Shown in pieces: positions 44,761 to 60,000 of a stretch of DNA of 60,000 bases. The notes under the pieces were generated by a model. It did no database searches and was not told where the DNA came from. It saw nothing but the letters and a program-made list of their open reading frames with translations. The stretch comes from Schmidtea polychroa. Lineage: Eukaryota. The position numbers and the translations under genes are program-made. The stretch spans positions 23,562,001 to 23,622,000 of the forward strand of contig CM097885.1 of assembly GCA_044892525.1 (NCBI GenBank), given 5' to 3'. Position 1 is the first letter of the stretch, and each line of letters starts with the position of its first letter.

Positions 44761-45422
44761 TTCATGTTACTATTTTCTTTTTTTCTTTTTCTTTTGCAAT
44801 TTAATGAATAGTAATAAATTAAATTATTATTACATAAAAATAGCAAGATAAATGAATAGGCCTAATTGGTCGGATCATTCGGATATCCGGATTGGAAACC
44901 CTAGTTGATATTGTTCACTGTGTTTAAATAAAAATGATGTTCCTTTAGGGTCTTAGTGTTCTTTAGTTTATCTTTCTAACCCCTTAACCATTTGAGCTTC
45001 CATCGCATGATCCCTATGTGATTTGGTATTCAATGTTGAAAAGATGGCATATTTGAATAAATCTACCAAGTATCCTAAATTATTTATTGTTTTGTTAAAA
45101 TGCACAAAATTAGCTGAATTACAGAATACATTTTAGTATCAAAACAGTAATTTTTAAAGAAAATCAAATTAATTAATTATTTAATTGGTTTCTTAATCAG
45201 TTGGCAAAAAGAAAAAACATTTAAATATTGAGACTAATTCGCATTAAAATTCAATTATTTTTATAATTATTAATTTGTTTAATAACAATTACAACATTAG
45301 TCTTCGAAGACGTCGAATTGCCAAATAATTATTTATTAGAGTGAATTCTTTCCGAAAAGCTACAATCAATGTGAGACGACTTAATCTTTGTCTGACATTA
45401 TTATTATTATTATTATTATTAC

Positions 45423-45504
<82 letters not shown>

Positions 45505-45562
45505 TATAAATATTTTTATTAATATTTGTTATTAATTATTATTGTTATTATTTTTAGTATTA

Positions 45563-45630
<68 letters not shown>

Positions 45631-46581
45631 TTTATTATTATTATTATAATTATTATTATTTTTATTTTTATTTTTTTTAAATGTAGCTTTAAAGTAATAT
45701 TTAAATCTAAAATTACAAAATATTAATTGAGGATGAAAATATTATATTTCGACCAATTCTATCGTCAATCCGATAATTGCTTGCTTTTAATTCCATTACT
45801 TGGACCTTAATTTGATTATCTCATGAGAATAAACAATTTGTTTTGCAGATAACATTCACTGCAAAAATATATTTTTCGATAAATAAAAAAATAAATTTCT
45901 AATAACCGTTTCAAAGAGTTGTTTGAAATGGATGGATGCTATAAAAAATATAGCGTTTGTTTGAATTTTGTGAAATATTGAAACTTAGGAAAACAATTTA
46001 CAATGACAATACGGCCCTGTGTCCCCCATAATTAAGCCGAGCATTTAGTTTGTTTTAAATTTTGAAAAACAAATCTAATTAGAATATTTTCCCGTTTGTG
46101 TGACTTATATTTTCAATTTGTTTTAATTGATGCCGGCATGACTTTATTCTTTTCAAGTTTTTCGCAAGGAATTACAATTACTCGCAATTGCTATTATTTA
46201 TTTTGAACGTTACTTGAATTGCGAAAACTTTATTTATCTCAATATTCCAGCGCAAATTTCGCCAACACGAAAATCTAGCGCAGACAAATGAAATCCACTC
46301 GACTTACATAAACAAAAAGCGTAAATTAAAAACACACAATATTATATAAAGTACAAGATTTAATGAACGATTAAAACAAAATTTTAAATAAAATTTCAAA
46401 TAAAAAAACGAATCTTTCTCGAAACTATTGCAACTGATGATAATGAAATTTAAATTTGAAAAAACCTGATGAAATTCAAGCTTTAAAAAATGACCCAATT
46501 GACCTGGTAGGGGACCCTGTAATGAGTTGATCTCCAATAACATAGGGATCTTCATCATAATTCGGAAATGACCCAATAGAA

Positions 46582-47353
46582 CAGCGGTTCTCAAAGTGGG
46601 GTCCACGGTCCCCTAGGGGACCGCGACGAACTAACGCATATTTATTTTTTTAAATCATTTAAAAAAAACATCAAAAAATAATTTAATCATTTCTGTTATT
46701 AAAAATCAATTCAACATAAGCCCACTTACGGGGTAAAACTGCGTTTTGTGTCTCCAATATTTTGCGTGCATGTTGAGGTTGTATGCTAATTTGTGACGTC
46801 ATTGTTTTAAATTGTTTTTAAACACCATCGGTTTATCACTAACCCATTTGAAGTATCCATTAGTGACCTGCCCTCGGACGACAATTTAGTTCAGGAACAA
46901 CTTATTGATTTAATAAACGATGAGGGTGCAAAACATGTTTTACGTGGAACTTGCTGTAGTGACTTTTGGATTGAAATGGCACTGTCCTATCCTGATGTTG
47001 CAAAGATGGCTCTAAAAGTCCTCACTCCATTTGCAACCACCTATGAGTGTGAGTCGGCTTTTTCTACACTACTTACAATTAAAACAAAAGCAAGAAATAG
47101 ATTATGTGCAACAAATGATATGCGAGTTGCACTGGCCAAGACAAAGCCAAACTTAGAAGCTCTAGTTCTGGAAAAACGCCTGCATCCGTCGCATTAAAAT
47201 TGTTATTTAACTTTTACGATGTAATATTTTCTCAATATATATGTTTTATTTGCTATACCTTCTTTATTTTTTATTATTAAGGGTCCGCAAGCTATCTAAC
47301 AATTTTTAAAGGGACCGCCTCGCAGAAAATTTCAAAGAATTTGAGAACCGCTG
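46582..47353 (+). mobile_element. Internally deleted hAT (Buster/Charlie) transposon, 772 bp
   Basis: Perfect 14-bp TIR CAGCGGTTCTCAAA and perfect 8-bp TSD CAATAGAA (46574-46581, 47354-47361). Confidence 0.95.
46829..47197 (+). pseudogene. hAT transposase C-terminal dimerisation domain fragment
   Basis: Open frame ITNPF...EQLIDL...DFW...YPDVAKMALKVLTPFATTYECESAFSTL..IKTKARNRL...DMRVAL....PNLEALV...RLHPSH*. Confidence 0.92.
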
Positions 47354-47377
47354 CAATAGAAGATCAAAAGTTTAGAT

Positions 47378-48702
47378 CAGGGGTCAGCAACATCTTGGCT
47401 ATGTGGGGCCGGATTGCGTTTTTTGAAACTTTAGATGAAGTATTACATCCTTTTTCTTATAGATCCATAGCAGACATTTTTCGTGACTGACAATTTTAAA
47501 TTGTTGATGATGTAAAAAAAATCATTTTAGGAAATTTTTAATTTCAAATATCTGTAATAATGTCATCAAGAATTGGGACAATTGACAGAATGATCACAAA
47601 ATGTCACTTACCTAGATTGTTAGAATTACTTTTGAGGTGAAAAATATTAATAAATGGCTTTTTGAATAATAGTTATTTATTTTAGAAAGCATTTTAACGT
47701 GTCCAATATCCCTAATGCTCCTTTATTTTCCTCCGGCTGGAAAATTGAACTTGCGGTCCCACGACTGAGAACTGGACTAAATATTCATTCTCTAGATTCT
47801 AGTATATTAACTCGGGCTTCTTTAGTCAGAGCCACATAAGAAGAAGAACCATGTCTTGTATTAAAATGTCTTGAAATGTTATTTTCTTTACGCACGGAAA
47901 CATTTTCATTACATAACAAGCACAAAGGCTTATTATTATACATTGTAAAATAATATTTCCATTTCCATTCCTCATTAAAGCTTCTATATTGAGAATTCTT
48001 CTTTCTTTTCTTACCTTCACTACTCATTTCAGATTTCACACAATTATTTAATTTTAAAAAAATCGTACTTATATTAATATTATTCAAAAGTTTAAATATG
48101 TCACCTTCAAGACAACCCTCAGGAAACAAAATTAAGCTAAAAATACGTAGATCAAGTTAAATATTTTTGAATTTTCACTATTTTCCCATGGTTTTTTGAG
48201 AAATTTTTCTAAGTTTTTATGAAATTGAACTGATTTTATCGATTTTTTCACAAATTTTCTAGGTTTTTATGTAGATCAAGTTACTTTAAACATGTGTCAC
48301 CTCCAGGACACTATATAAAATATGTAGTTCGCAACTATATAGTTTTAAAATAAGTAGGTCAAGTTAAAAATAACTAGGTCAAGTTACTTTAAACACCTCC
48401 AGGACACTATATAAAATATGTAGGTCACGACTATAAAAACTTCACCCAAAAAGTAATTAAATATGAATGCAAAATAACATGTTAAAACATTATTAAAATT
48501 ATAAAAAATTTGCAACTAAAATTTTTGTAATTTCAAAATTTACAAATTTCTGATCAACCGAATTTATAATTTTCGTTACGTTAAAACATTATTAAAAAAT
48601 AAAAAAAAATTAAAATTAAAATTTTAACTTTTTTATCAAATATTCTGGATCGAAGAGTGGGCCAAATTGAAAGCTCCCGTGGGCCATAGTTCCCCATCAC
48701 TG
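47378..48702 (-). mobile_element. Internally deleted hAT (SPIN/GTF2IRD2-like) element
   Basis: Ends CAGGGGTCAGCAAC / GTTCCCCATCACTG with GGGCC subterminal motifs. Flanks GTTTAGAT / CTCTAGAA fit the NTCTAGAN target preference. Internal direct repeats CACCTCCAGGACACTATATAAAATATGTAG near 48298 and 48394. Confidence 0.8.
47785..48030 (-). pseudogene. hAT transposase N-terminal zinc-finger (BED-like) fragment
   Basis: MSSEGKKRK..QYRSFNEEWKWKYYF..YNNKPLCLLCNENVSVRKENNISRHFNTRH, typical of SPIN/GTF2IRD2-type N-termini. Confidence 0.88.
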
Positions 48703-50205
48703 CTCTAGAACTAAGGAATGATTTGTAGCATTAAAGGTTTTTATAAATGTTTGTCACCACACCTTGAATATCTAGCTGATTAAAACAAAGAATACACTGC
48801 ATTGCAGTAAAAACTAATAAAATTATTTGAGCATTTAAGGAAACACCCATTATTTACGTATTATTCCTAACGAGGGCAAATGCTGCAATTTAATTATTGT
48901 TTGAGGAAAATTCTAAATTTTATTCTAGCTAAATTATTTGCTTCTCTTTTCCGAGAATCATTCCTAGACTAGTCTCGCAGCCAAGGTTTTTTTTTATTAT
49001 AGAGAATGGTAGGCTCAAAATATTAATACAAATATAAACAAATAAATAAATATATTTATTAATTTTGTTATTATATATGTAAAACAAATACGAAATATAG
49101 TATTTCCATAGCGTTTAGAGTGAGACCAAATGTTGCGTACATCCTGTTAGAAAGTCAGTACATTTCACTTGAATAGAATTTCTTAACCTTTTTGTGATCG
49201 GAAACCCCTTGAATTTAAACTTAGGTTCACGTACTCCATTGTAAATATGTATTATATTTTTCTTATTTAAGAAATGTCATTTATTTCAAGATAATGTTTT
49301 TATTAAAAGACATACAAATAAATTTACAAATCTTCTATATGTAAATGTGCAAGTTTCAACCAGTCTCTTATTGATTGTGCTGCACAACCACTGTACAAAT
49401 GATCCTTGATTATATATAAAACAATGATGTACTGCATAATAATACATAATACCTCGTCTATGGTTTTGTGATAGGAATCGTTCAAGTCATCCTCCTCCCT
49501 CATTGCATACTTTTTTCTGACCCTATCGGATGAGAGGAGTTCAATGAAACGTGTTATTTAGTAAGGTCTGCTCTTTCCCAGCGAAAAATTAAAAATATCA
49601 AATAAAGTATGAATGACATGACATTGAATATCAATGGGGATTTTTCTTTTATAATTGAAATTTGAGATAATTTAATTGACAAATCGCATGTTAGAAAAAA
49701 TGGATGAACAAAAATATCAGTAAATATATCCGAAATGACACAATCACTATAGAAAATTGTTGGTTTGCTGTTAGAAAATAACAGCAATAAAAAAGTAATG
49801 GTGGTGAAAATCCAGAAATGTTTTATTTTACTATTATTTGCTCGATTTAAACTTTACCAAGTAAAATTAATTGTTTTAATCGACCGTTAATAAAATATCG
49901 ATTAGGTGGCAAATCAAAGAAATTATCCCGGTTTTATCTGGGAATTTTTGATGAGCTGCAAATAAATTATAAGAAATTTTAATATTTTTTTGAAAACACC
50001 ACATGAAACTAATTGATATTTCAATGCATTTGATTGATTAATATTAAATTTGCTAATTAATTGATTTATAGTAATTTCAACTGATAATAAAGCAATTATA
50101 AATTAATAATATTTTAATTGTGCTAATATATTCACAAGCAAGTCAATTATTTTACAATTACATATAAAAGAAAAAAAAATTAGGGAACCAATAATAATAA
50201 TAATA

Positions 50206-50461
<256 letters not shown>

Positions 50462-51634
50462 TAATAATAATAAATTTCATCGAATAATGATGATGATTAA
50501 AAAATAGCAATAGCAGTGCTAAGTAAGATAAAAAAATAAGAAAATATTATAAAAATATGCAGGTCAGTAAATAAGGATTTGAACTGTAATTTTGCTCATG
50601 AACAATTAGGAGATTTAATTAGAAAAATTAGAAATTATTCAGACATCAAAAGCAAAAAATGAATTTTTCAAAGTATTTCAAAAATTGAATGTGAAATGAA
50701 ATTTAATATTAGAGTTGTCATTATCTTGATTGTTTCAATGAGCCTTATAGACCCATCTTTTTCTGTTATTCTTTCTTAATAAATTAACTGCAATTGATCA
50801 ATGGAATTAATTAAATTGTTCTTTTGTTTTAATTCATAAATCAAAAATTATCTATTATTTTAATTAGTTTAAATTGTTCTTTCTAAATTAATCAGAAAAT
50901 TTCTTAATCAGAATAATGTAATATTATTATTGATAATTAAATTAATTCATTTATTGCTAATTTGGAATATGCAAAAGTATTTCAAACATCAAGTATATTT
51001 TCTGCACTTTTCATGAAAGGACAAATTTGCATGTATTTGTTTGCTGTCTTTTTTACTTTTTTTATTATTCATGATTAAAATGCATAAAAAGTCTTTTACT
51101 TCCTTAAAGTTTTTTGTCGTTTTTTGTAATCGCTATGAAAGTTATATTTATGCAAGCAACTCTTTGCTAGTGATGCAATAACCAATTTCATTGCTTCATT
51201 GCCAAAGTCATCAAAATGTGACATGGAAATCATGATATAACAAAATATAACTTAGTAAATTTTTAGGTCTTCGAAATAGTTTAAAACGTTTTTCTTATTT
51301 CAATTTAATTTAACATCATTATTATTTGTTATATGACCAAGGAATCTTATTACTTCAGTCTGAGATATAAATCTTTATAACCGTTTCAACTCATTGTTTA
51401 CCCTAATATAATAAGGCCATTTTTATATAATGAAAATATCAAAATATTGTTAAGATATACTGCAGGAATTTTCCATAACTAATCACTGAATACTTTATTC
51501 AAAGTTTTAGAGATTCGAAAGAACTACAACAACTGTAAATTACATTCTGTAAAAAGAAAATTATCAAAATTATGTTAGAAAACGTGTTAGATCTTGATAA
51601 ATATCCATTGTGTTACAAAAACCTTTGAACCAGT

Positions 51635-52350
51635 TGTTGAGTATTTTGTGCAATTCGGTATCACTGTCTAATTCATTTGTGTTCTTTTCGAAATTAAATA
51701 AACAACCCAACACAAAACTCTTTATTCGAGACAAATACAGTTACACTTTGGTTAAACTTTTATTAATTCAACCACACTTGATATAACCCTTTTTTGGTCT
51801 GCTCTTTTCAATACAACTGTAAATCTTATGTAGGGATAAATCTTCCAACGGGAGATGTCCCTTTTTGGTACGCTCGATTTAAATTATTCAATTGACACTA
51901 ACTTCAAAGTTTTCTTTGGTACTCTCGCTAAATTTTTCGTTTCCTTTACTTCGACCAACTGGCAATTCTGTTTACTTGCCGGTCCCTTTTATACCCATCC
52001 TATAATTGATTTTACTTTGTTAAATTAGTCTGAATCTAACTTCACCCGGGCTTTCTCTTGAAGCTCGTCTCCTTCTCTCAATTTAGGTTTAGTCGGATGA
52101 TTTAATTGCCTTTCCTAATTTGATTGATAATTCGGGTTCTCTCGCATCGCTTGGGTTGTCCATTAGCTCAGGTTCTTCATTAGTTAATTAATTTTTAATT
52201 AATTTTTAATTAAGTTTTAATTAAGTTTTAATTAATTTTTAATTAATTTTTGTTTTTTGTAATTTATTACTTCTAGGGACCTCCCATTGATTTTATTTTA
52301 TTATAGTTGAACTCGTCTCATTATTCAGCATCCGCCCATACCAGTTTCCC
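51635..52350 (-). mobile_element. LTR-like fragment related in layout to the 38.8-kb and 57.1-kb LTRs
   Basis: TGTTGAG at 51635 (CTCAACA on the minus strand), minus-strand AATAAA near 51721 and TATAAAA near 51990, pyrimidine-rich plus strand. The far boundary is not defined. Confidence 0.55.
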
Positions 52351-52906
52351 ATTTCAAATATTCATTTTTAATTTTTGATTTTTTTAATTAATATTTTGTA
52401 CTTTAAATTATTATTGTGAATTTGGTGTTTTATTGGTTTTTCACCTCATTGTTGTACCTCTCTTGTAAAGTCCAAACACATTTAATGAAACAAGTATTTT
52501 TTCAATATTAGGAATTAGGAATTTCTGATTTTCTATAATTCTGTTTTCATTTCTTCGTTCATTTTCATACTTTTATAGATGTTGTTATAAATTTGTTGCT
52601 TATATATAGTTTCAGTTTGCAAAAATTCCAATATTCCTCCAAAATTAGTTATTTTTAATTTAAATAATATTTTGTTAAAAATTGTTTTGATTATTTTCGT
52701 TAAATCATAATTAAAATGATATTTTTAAAACAAAATTATTAATAAATTTTAAATTTAGTTATTTTTATATTATTTTGAATTTCATTTTAAGACGTCATCA
52801 CAATAGATTTTTTCAATTTTATTTAATTTTCAATTATTTAATAATTTTAAATTTTCACTTCCAAGGGTTTTCTAAATAGAATAACATTTATTAATAAATG
52901 CCTTTT

Positions 52907-53104
<198 letters not shown>

Positions 53105-54409
53105 TTAGATTTCAATTTAATGCTGATAAATATAATTATTTAAACAAACTATAATTATAATAATAGTTAGATTTCCTTTACCTGCATTCATCTAAAGACA
53201 CTCAGTAAAAGACACGCATGCAGTTTTTATAAAGTATTAAATTATAAACAGAAAATAGTAATAAATATTGCTTTTTCTAAATGAAATTTCTTTTTCATTT
53301 TAATAAGAAGCAGTTGATAAATTTTGTATTCGAAACCTAAATGTTATTCTCCCCTAAAAAGGAATTATAAGTTTACGCATCCATCCGATTTGTTGTAACT
53401 TATATTTTGTAAAAGTGATACTAATTGAAACAATAAATGTCCTTTAAAAGTGTAAAATTCAAATTTCTTTCAATTCAGTATTATGTAACAATAAGAATTA
53501 GATTAGAAGTTGAAAATAAATGAAAGTTATTCTATCTCACTTTGTGAGCATATATTTTCTCCAAGAATTTCTTTCCCTCTTCAAACTTAAGTTCAAAGAT
53601 TTTTAACAAATATTTAATGACTAATTGCGCGACCTCATTTAAATAGAGTCATATTTTATTTTTTAAAGTTTCTTTACCATTTATCTGTTTGAAATTGTTT
53701 ACCATATTCTTAAGTCAATATTTTAAAATATATTCTACGTCTATTTCTTAAAAATCCCAATTTTTTATAATCGAGATACATAATGGAGGTATTTATTTTG
53801 GCTCCTTTTGCTTTGATAATTATTTGACATTATTGAGAACATTGCGTCCAAGACTTCTGGATACTTGGCTTTAAGGTTTCGTTTATTGACATCCATAGTT
53901 CATATGATCTGATTAAGGTTGTTAATATTTGGGCCACGAATGTCACCAAAACCTATTCAATATTTCACAATACTTCTTTACAAAATAATAAATTCTAATT
54001 AAAGATTATGTAGATGTTATTTATTGGCCGAGTTATAGCTTAGCAAATAACAAATCATTCACCAGGACTCGGGTTATTACCGAAAGAATAGAAAAAATAG
54101 ATGAAAATGTATACTCGTGTTTGTTAAAGAAATATACAAATTTTACTTTTTTTTCTATAACATATACATACAAGCATTTATATACATTAATTATTTAGGG
54201 TGTACATAACATATTATGGGAGACTGGGAAATTAAATATTCCAATAAGATTACACCGCAATGTACCTAATAAAATTCAAAGGTACTTTGAAAAATATTAA
54301 ATTTCAAATTGAAATTACAAAAACCTATTTAATTAATAATTTGGGAACAATTGTAAAAAAGGAACTAATGCATACATGGAAGCATTGTGGTCAATCTTGA
54401 GTTTAATTG

Positions 54410-55664
54410 TCGCGTCTGTGTGTATATTTTGTGTTCTAAAATTGGATTTTTCATGTGTGCGCACACAGACGCGAACAATGTTTTTTTTTAATTGTTGAAT
54501 TTTGGATTTTGGATTATATGGATATTTTTGTTCGAAGTTGTTTTAAAAGGTGGTTATTTTGAATTTTTTGTTTTTGAAAATAAAGATTTGAACATAACGA
54601 TTTCATTATTTGCTAACCTTTGTTGTTTTTTGAAGAGTTTTTATGACAGCCGAAACTAATGATTCTTCCAAAATGATTTATGATGTTTCTTGTTACTTAA
54701 AAGCAGAATCGAATTGAGAATCCAAGATGGCAATGATAGAGCGGAGTCGGCGATGATATTCAAACACATTGGAAATTGGAAGTGATATTTCAATGATTTG
54801 GCAATCTGGTGTTGTTCTCTATTCATCTTTATTGATGGCAAATAAAGTGCAAATTATATTAAAAAATGTAATTCGATTAAAGTTTTTTTTATTAATGAAA
54901 CACATTAAATTTTAGCATTTATATATTTACAAACATTCGGATAATACGAAATTTGAAAGATGTAATTGTATTGAATATGTAACACAAAATAATTATTATT
55001 TATTTGAATGAATTACTTACATTAGGTTAAATTAACGCAACGTAATCATATTGTATATAAATCTTGTTCAATAACATATTCTGATAACACTAAAAGACAC
55101 TATTGCAAAACCTTTAGACTTTGAAGACTTTTTAAAATCAAAAGAAGTACATTTTTAGTTGTAGGATAGCCGCTAAATGTTGTCTTCCTTACACTCAAAA
55201 AAATCAAAGAACCTGTCTTATATATAGGTGAAAATATTAAAACATTTAAATGAAAAATAATATATTTTTAGTAAACATAAAATTATTTTGTTTTAATTTA
55301 ATGTTTTTTTTCAAAAGTATCGAAATTAATCTTATTTAATTTATCATTTTTTTGATTTTTAATTTATTTATTTCAACATCAAATAACTCATTTCAAATGA
55401 CTACAAATTAGTAAATATAATCTAAAGTTAAAAATGTATTTAAATTAGTATATTGTAGGTTTAATTTGTAAAAGTCTTTTTTAAAAGGAATTCAAAATGT
55501 TTTCCAGACAATTAGTAGACAATTTTGGTGGTTTTCTTTTTTCACTTTAAATTGATAGTCAAACTTTATGAAAATTGGAACTCAGCTTGCATTTTTAATT
55601 GAAAAATAAAACTGTATACAGGCAATTAATAATTAAATTATATAGCAAATATTCCAATATTACA

Positions 55665-55737
<73 letters not shown>

Positions 55738-56627
55738 GAATAATTCCAAGAGCGATTATCAAAATTTTATTTTTCGCCTCTACAGGGCCGCGTGGATCAG
55801 TTTTGAATAATAACATTTTGTCCATTTCAATGTTATGTCCAATGTCAGATGTTAATCGAGCTGCTTCCATTTGTGCACGACAAACTTGCGATCGACAATC
55901 AGGGATCATACCAATCATAACACCTCCAGTACTTTCAGTAATATTAAACAATCTCGTAGCTGAACTCGTCTCAATATATTTTATCGTCATATGCCATTTT
56001 ATCCAGTAGCGGTTTCCGTCGAAGCACACGCGCGATTTCAAACTTCGACTTACCCAAATGTTTTAATTCGGACAACTGAGAAAATCTGTTGGATAATTCT
56101 TCAATTAAATAATTTCTGATTTCCGTTTTGCAAACAAATCGATTTGAAAAATCCGACATAGCATTATTCAATATTATTTTCTTACGAATACATAATACAA
56201 TATCGTTGTTTTTATTGACGAACTTATCTGTGAATTTAGACGACTCGATCCCATGATGGCAACAACTGTGAAAGTTCCGTGACAATCGATACAATTAATT
56301 TATCGAGAACTTTTCCTTGGAAACCAGTATAAATGAGATCGCCTTTCACAAAGTTAATATTTTGAAAAGATGTAAGAGAATTTCTGATCACAACCTACAT
56401 CACATCGCAAAATCATACTTCCACCGATTTCGATTCAAAAAGTCCTCCAACAATCGCCGTTTTAAACAAAAACCAATTTAAAACCTAATTTCATTCTCCC
56501 AAAAAATAATCGAATTAAAATTACAATCAAAAACTTACTCACAAAGACCAACCGAATTTCCATTGCTCGCGTCTGTGTGCGCACACCAACAATAATCGGT
56601 CTAACCAGACCGCGCACACAGACGCGA
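54410..56627. mobile_element. Unclassified putative DNA element with self-palindromic inverted ends and decayed coding sequence
   Basis: The motif TCGCGTCTGTGTG / CACACAGACGCGA occurs at 54410, 54462, 56567 and 56615. Frameshifted minus-strand ORFs at 55733-56420. Confidence 0.5.
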
Positions 56628-56684
56628 TAGAAAAAAGCCAAAACTGCAAGTCCAGAGGCAATCCCCCTCTGACTGGTCGAAACA

Positions 56685-58170
<1,486 letters not shown>

Positions 58171-58174
58171 TTTA

Positions 58175-58269
<95 letters not shown>

Positions 58270-59061
58270 AATAATAATAATAATTTTGCCTAAAAGAAAA
58301 TAAAAAAGAATAATTTGATTGATATAGGATATTTGTTATAATTTTTATTAAGGGACATGTTAGTCCTGAAAAGCAGTTGCCAAATTGGAATAAATTTTCT
58401 TGTTAACATGGTCAACATCATTATCACATAACAATTAAACAATTATCAAGGCAACTATAGAAACAACTATTAAAATAATTAATTATGTTTATATTCAGTG
58501 AATGACATATAAAATAATAAACAATTGAATACAATTTTAATTTTATTTGTAAATTTAAAAAGCATTTAAAAAAAAATAAAAGTTAAAGTAAATTAAAAGT
58601 ATTTAAAAATCATAGAAACGATTTAATTAATCCAGCTTGCTATTATTTGAAAAATATAATAATGACACTTTTTGTCAAGATTAATAAAACACATTATTTT
58701 TTTGTAAACAAATTTTGGCTTTTAAGCCATAATTGGGTCTTGGTAATTTTGATTAGCTTTCCAACTATTATATATAATTATGTAAATTATATATTATTCC
58801 ATATAATTGCAGAATCCAAAAATTAATTATTTTGCTTTACATTGAAGACTTATGAATAAATGTTAGGAAGAGAAAATTTAAAGATTGTCAATCTTCTTGT
58901 AATATCTTACAGAATTTCCCACATTATACTTACAACAGACGCATTTCATAATCAGAAAAATATCTTTTTAATAAAGATTTTAATAACTAAAATAACTTTC
59001 AAATTATAGAAACAAATTATTAATAATAATAATAATAATGATAATAATAATAATAATAATG

Positions 59062-59290
<229 letters not shown>

Positions 59291-60000
59291 TAGTAAAACA
59301 AATTATCGAATATTTATTAGGAAATTCATATGAAATTAAAACTTATAAAAGCATTTCTGAGTGCTCCATAAAATATTTATTGGGTGGACGAATCGCATTA
59401 ATTGAAATATTATTTCTGATAAAGAATTACAATAATAATTATTATACTATTGATAATAATGGTTTTGTATTGTCTATGTTGTCAATGAAATGCAGAATAT
59501 ATTTCATCTCACTTTTACAGTGTGAGTTCAAGTTCGGAAATGTAACGCTGTCACAATCAATTACAACCAATTATCCCAACTTCCGGAATCATTAGCTCCC
59601 CTATAGTATACGGTGTTCTGGCTCTTTTAGGCAGAATGAGCTTTCATCGCAACCAGCATTAGAAAGATTATATGGAGACCAGATATCTCATGAATTTGCT
59701 GGTTTAATCGATTATAATAAATTAGTTTTGTTTTAATAATTCAATTTATTGTACTCTCGTTTGATAATGAAGGAGAGAGTAGTTTTCGAATGGTTTCATT
59801 TTGGCTACAATTAACTGAAATTATTATTAGATGCAATATTACTAGGAATTTTTGTAATCTCCCAGTCGTTTTTATTGCTGAGCACTTAAACATATGTAAC
59901 TTTTGTCAAACAATTGTAAAAATTATGAATTAAGGACAACATGTAAGGTTAATTAGGTAAAAAAAAAATTAGGTAAAGAAGGATGTTTGAAAATATCTAT

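Overview
Very AT-rich, (AAT)n-microsatellite-dense eukaryotic DNA, most consistent with an invertebrate such as a triclad flatworm (inferred from composition and gene style only). One clear host gene is present: a large exon (32971-35640, ORF to 35658, +) encoding signal peptide, seven cadherin repeats, TM and start of the cytoplasmic tail of a protocadherin. The rest is transposon-derived: hAT elements and MITEs with 8-bp TSDs, a TTAA piggyBac-type MITE, a TA-flanked MITE, a decayed IS630/Tc1 transposase, a decayed Gypsy integrase and three or four solo-LTR-like units. The most notable signals are a divergent inverted pair of intact minimal hammerhead ribozymes at 13547-13804, a ~520-bp inverted repeat pair 7.2 kb apart that brackets them, a (TA)n-associated ~80-bp repeat with a variant hammerhead-like core, and an unclassified 2.2-kb unit with self-palindromic ends at 54410-56627. 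Most ORF-track entries (poly-I/N/L/Y) are microsatellite artefacts.
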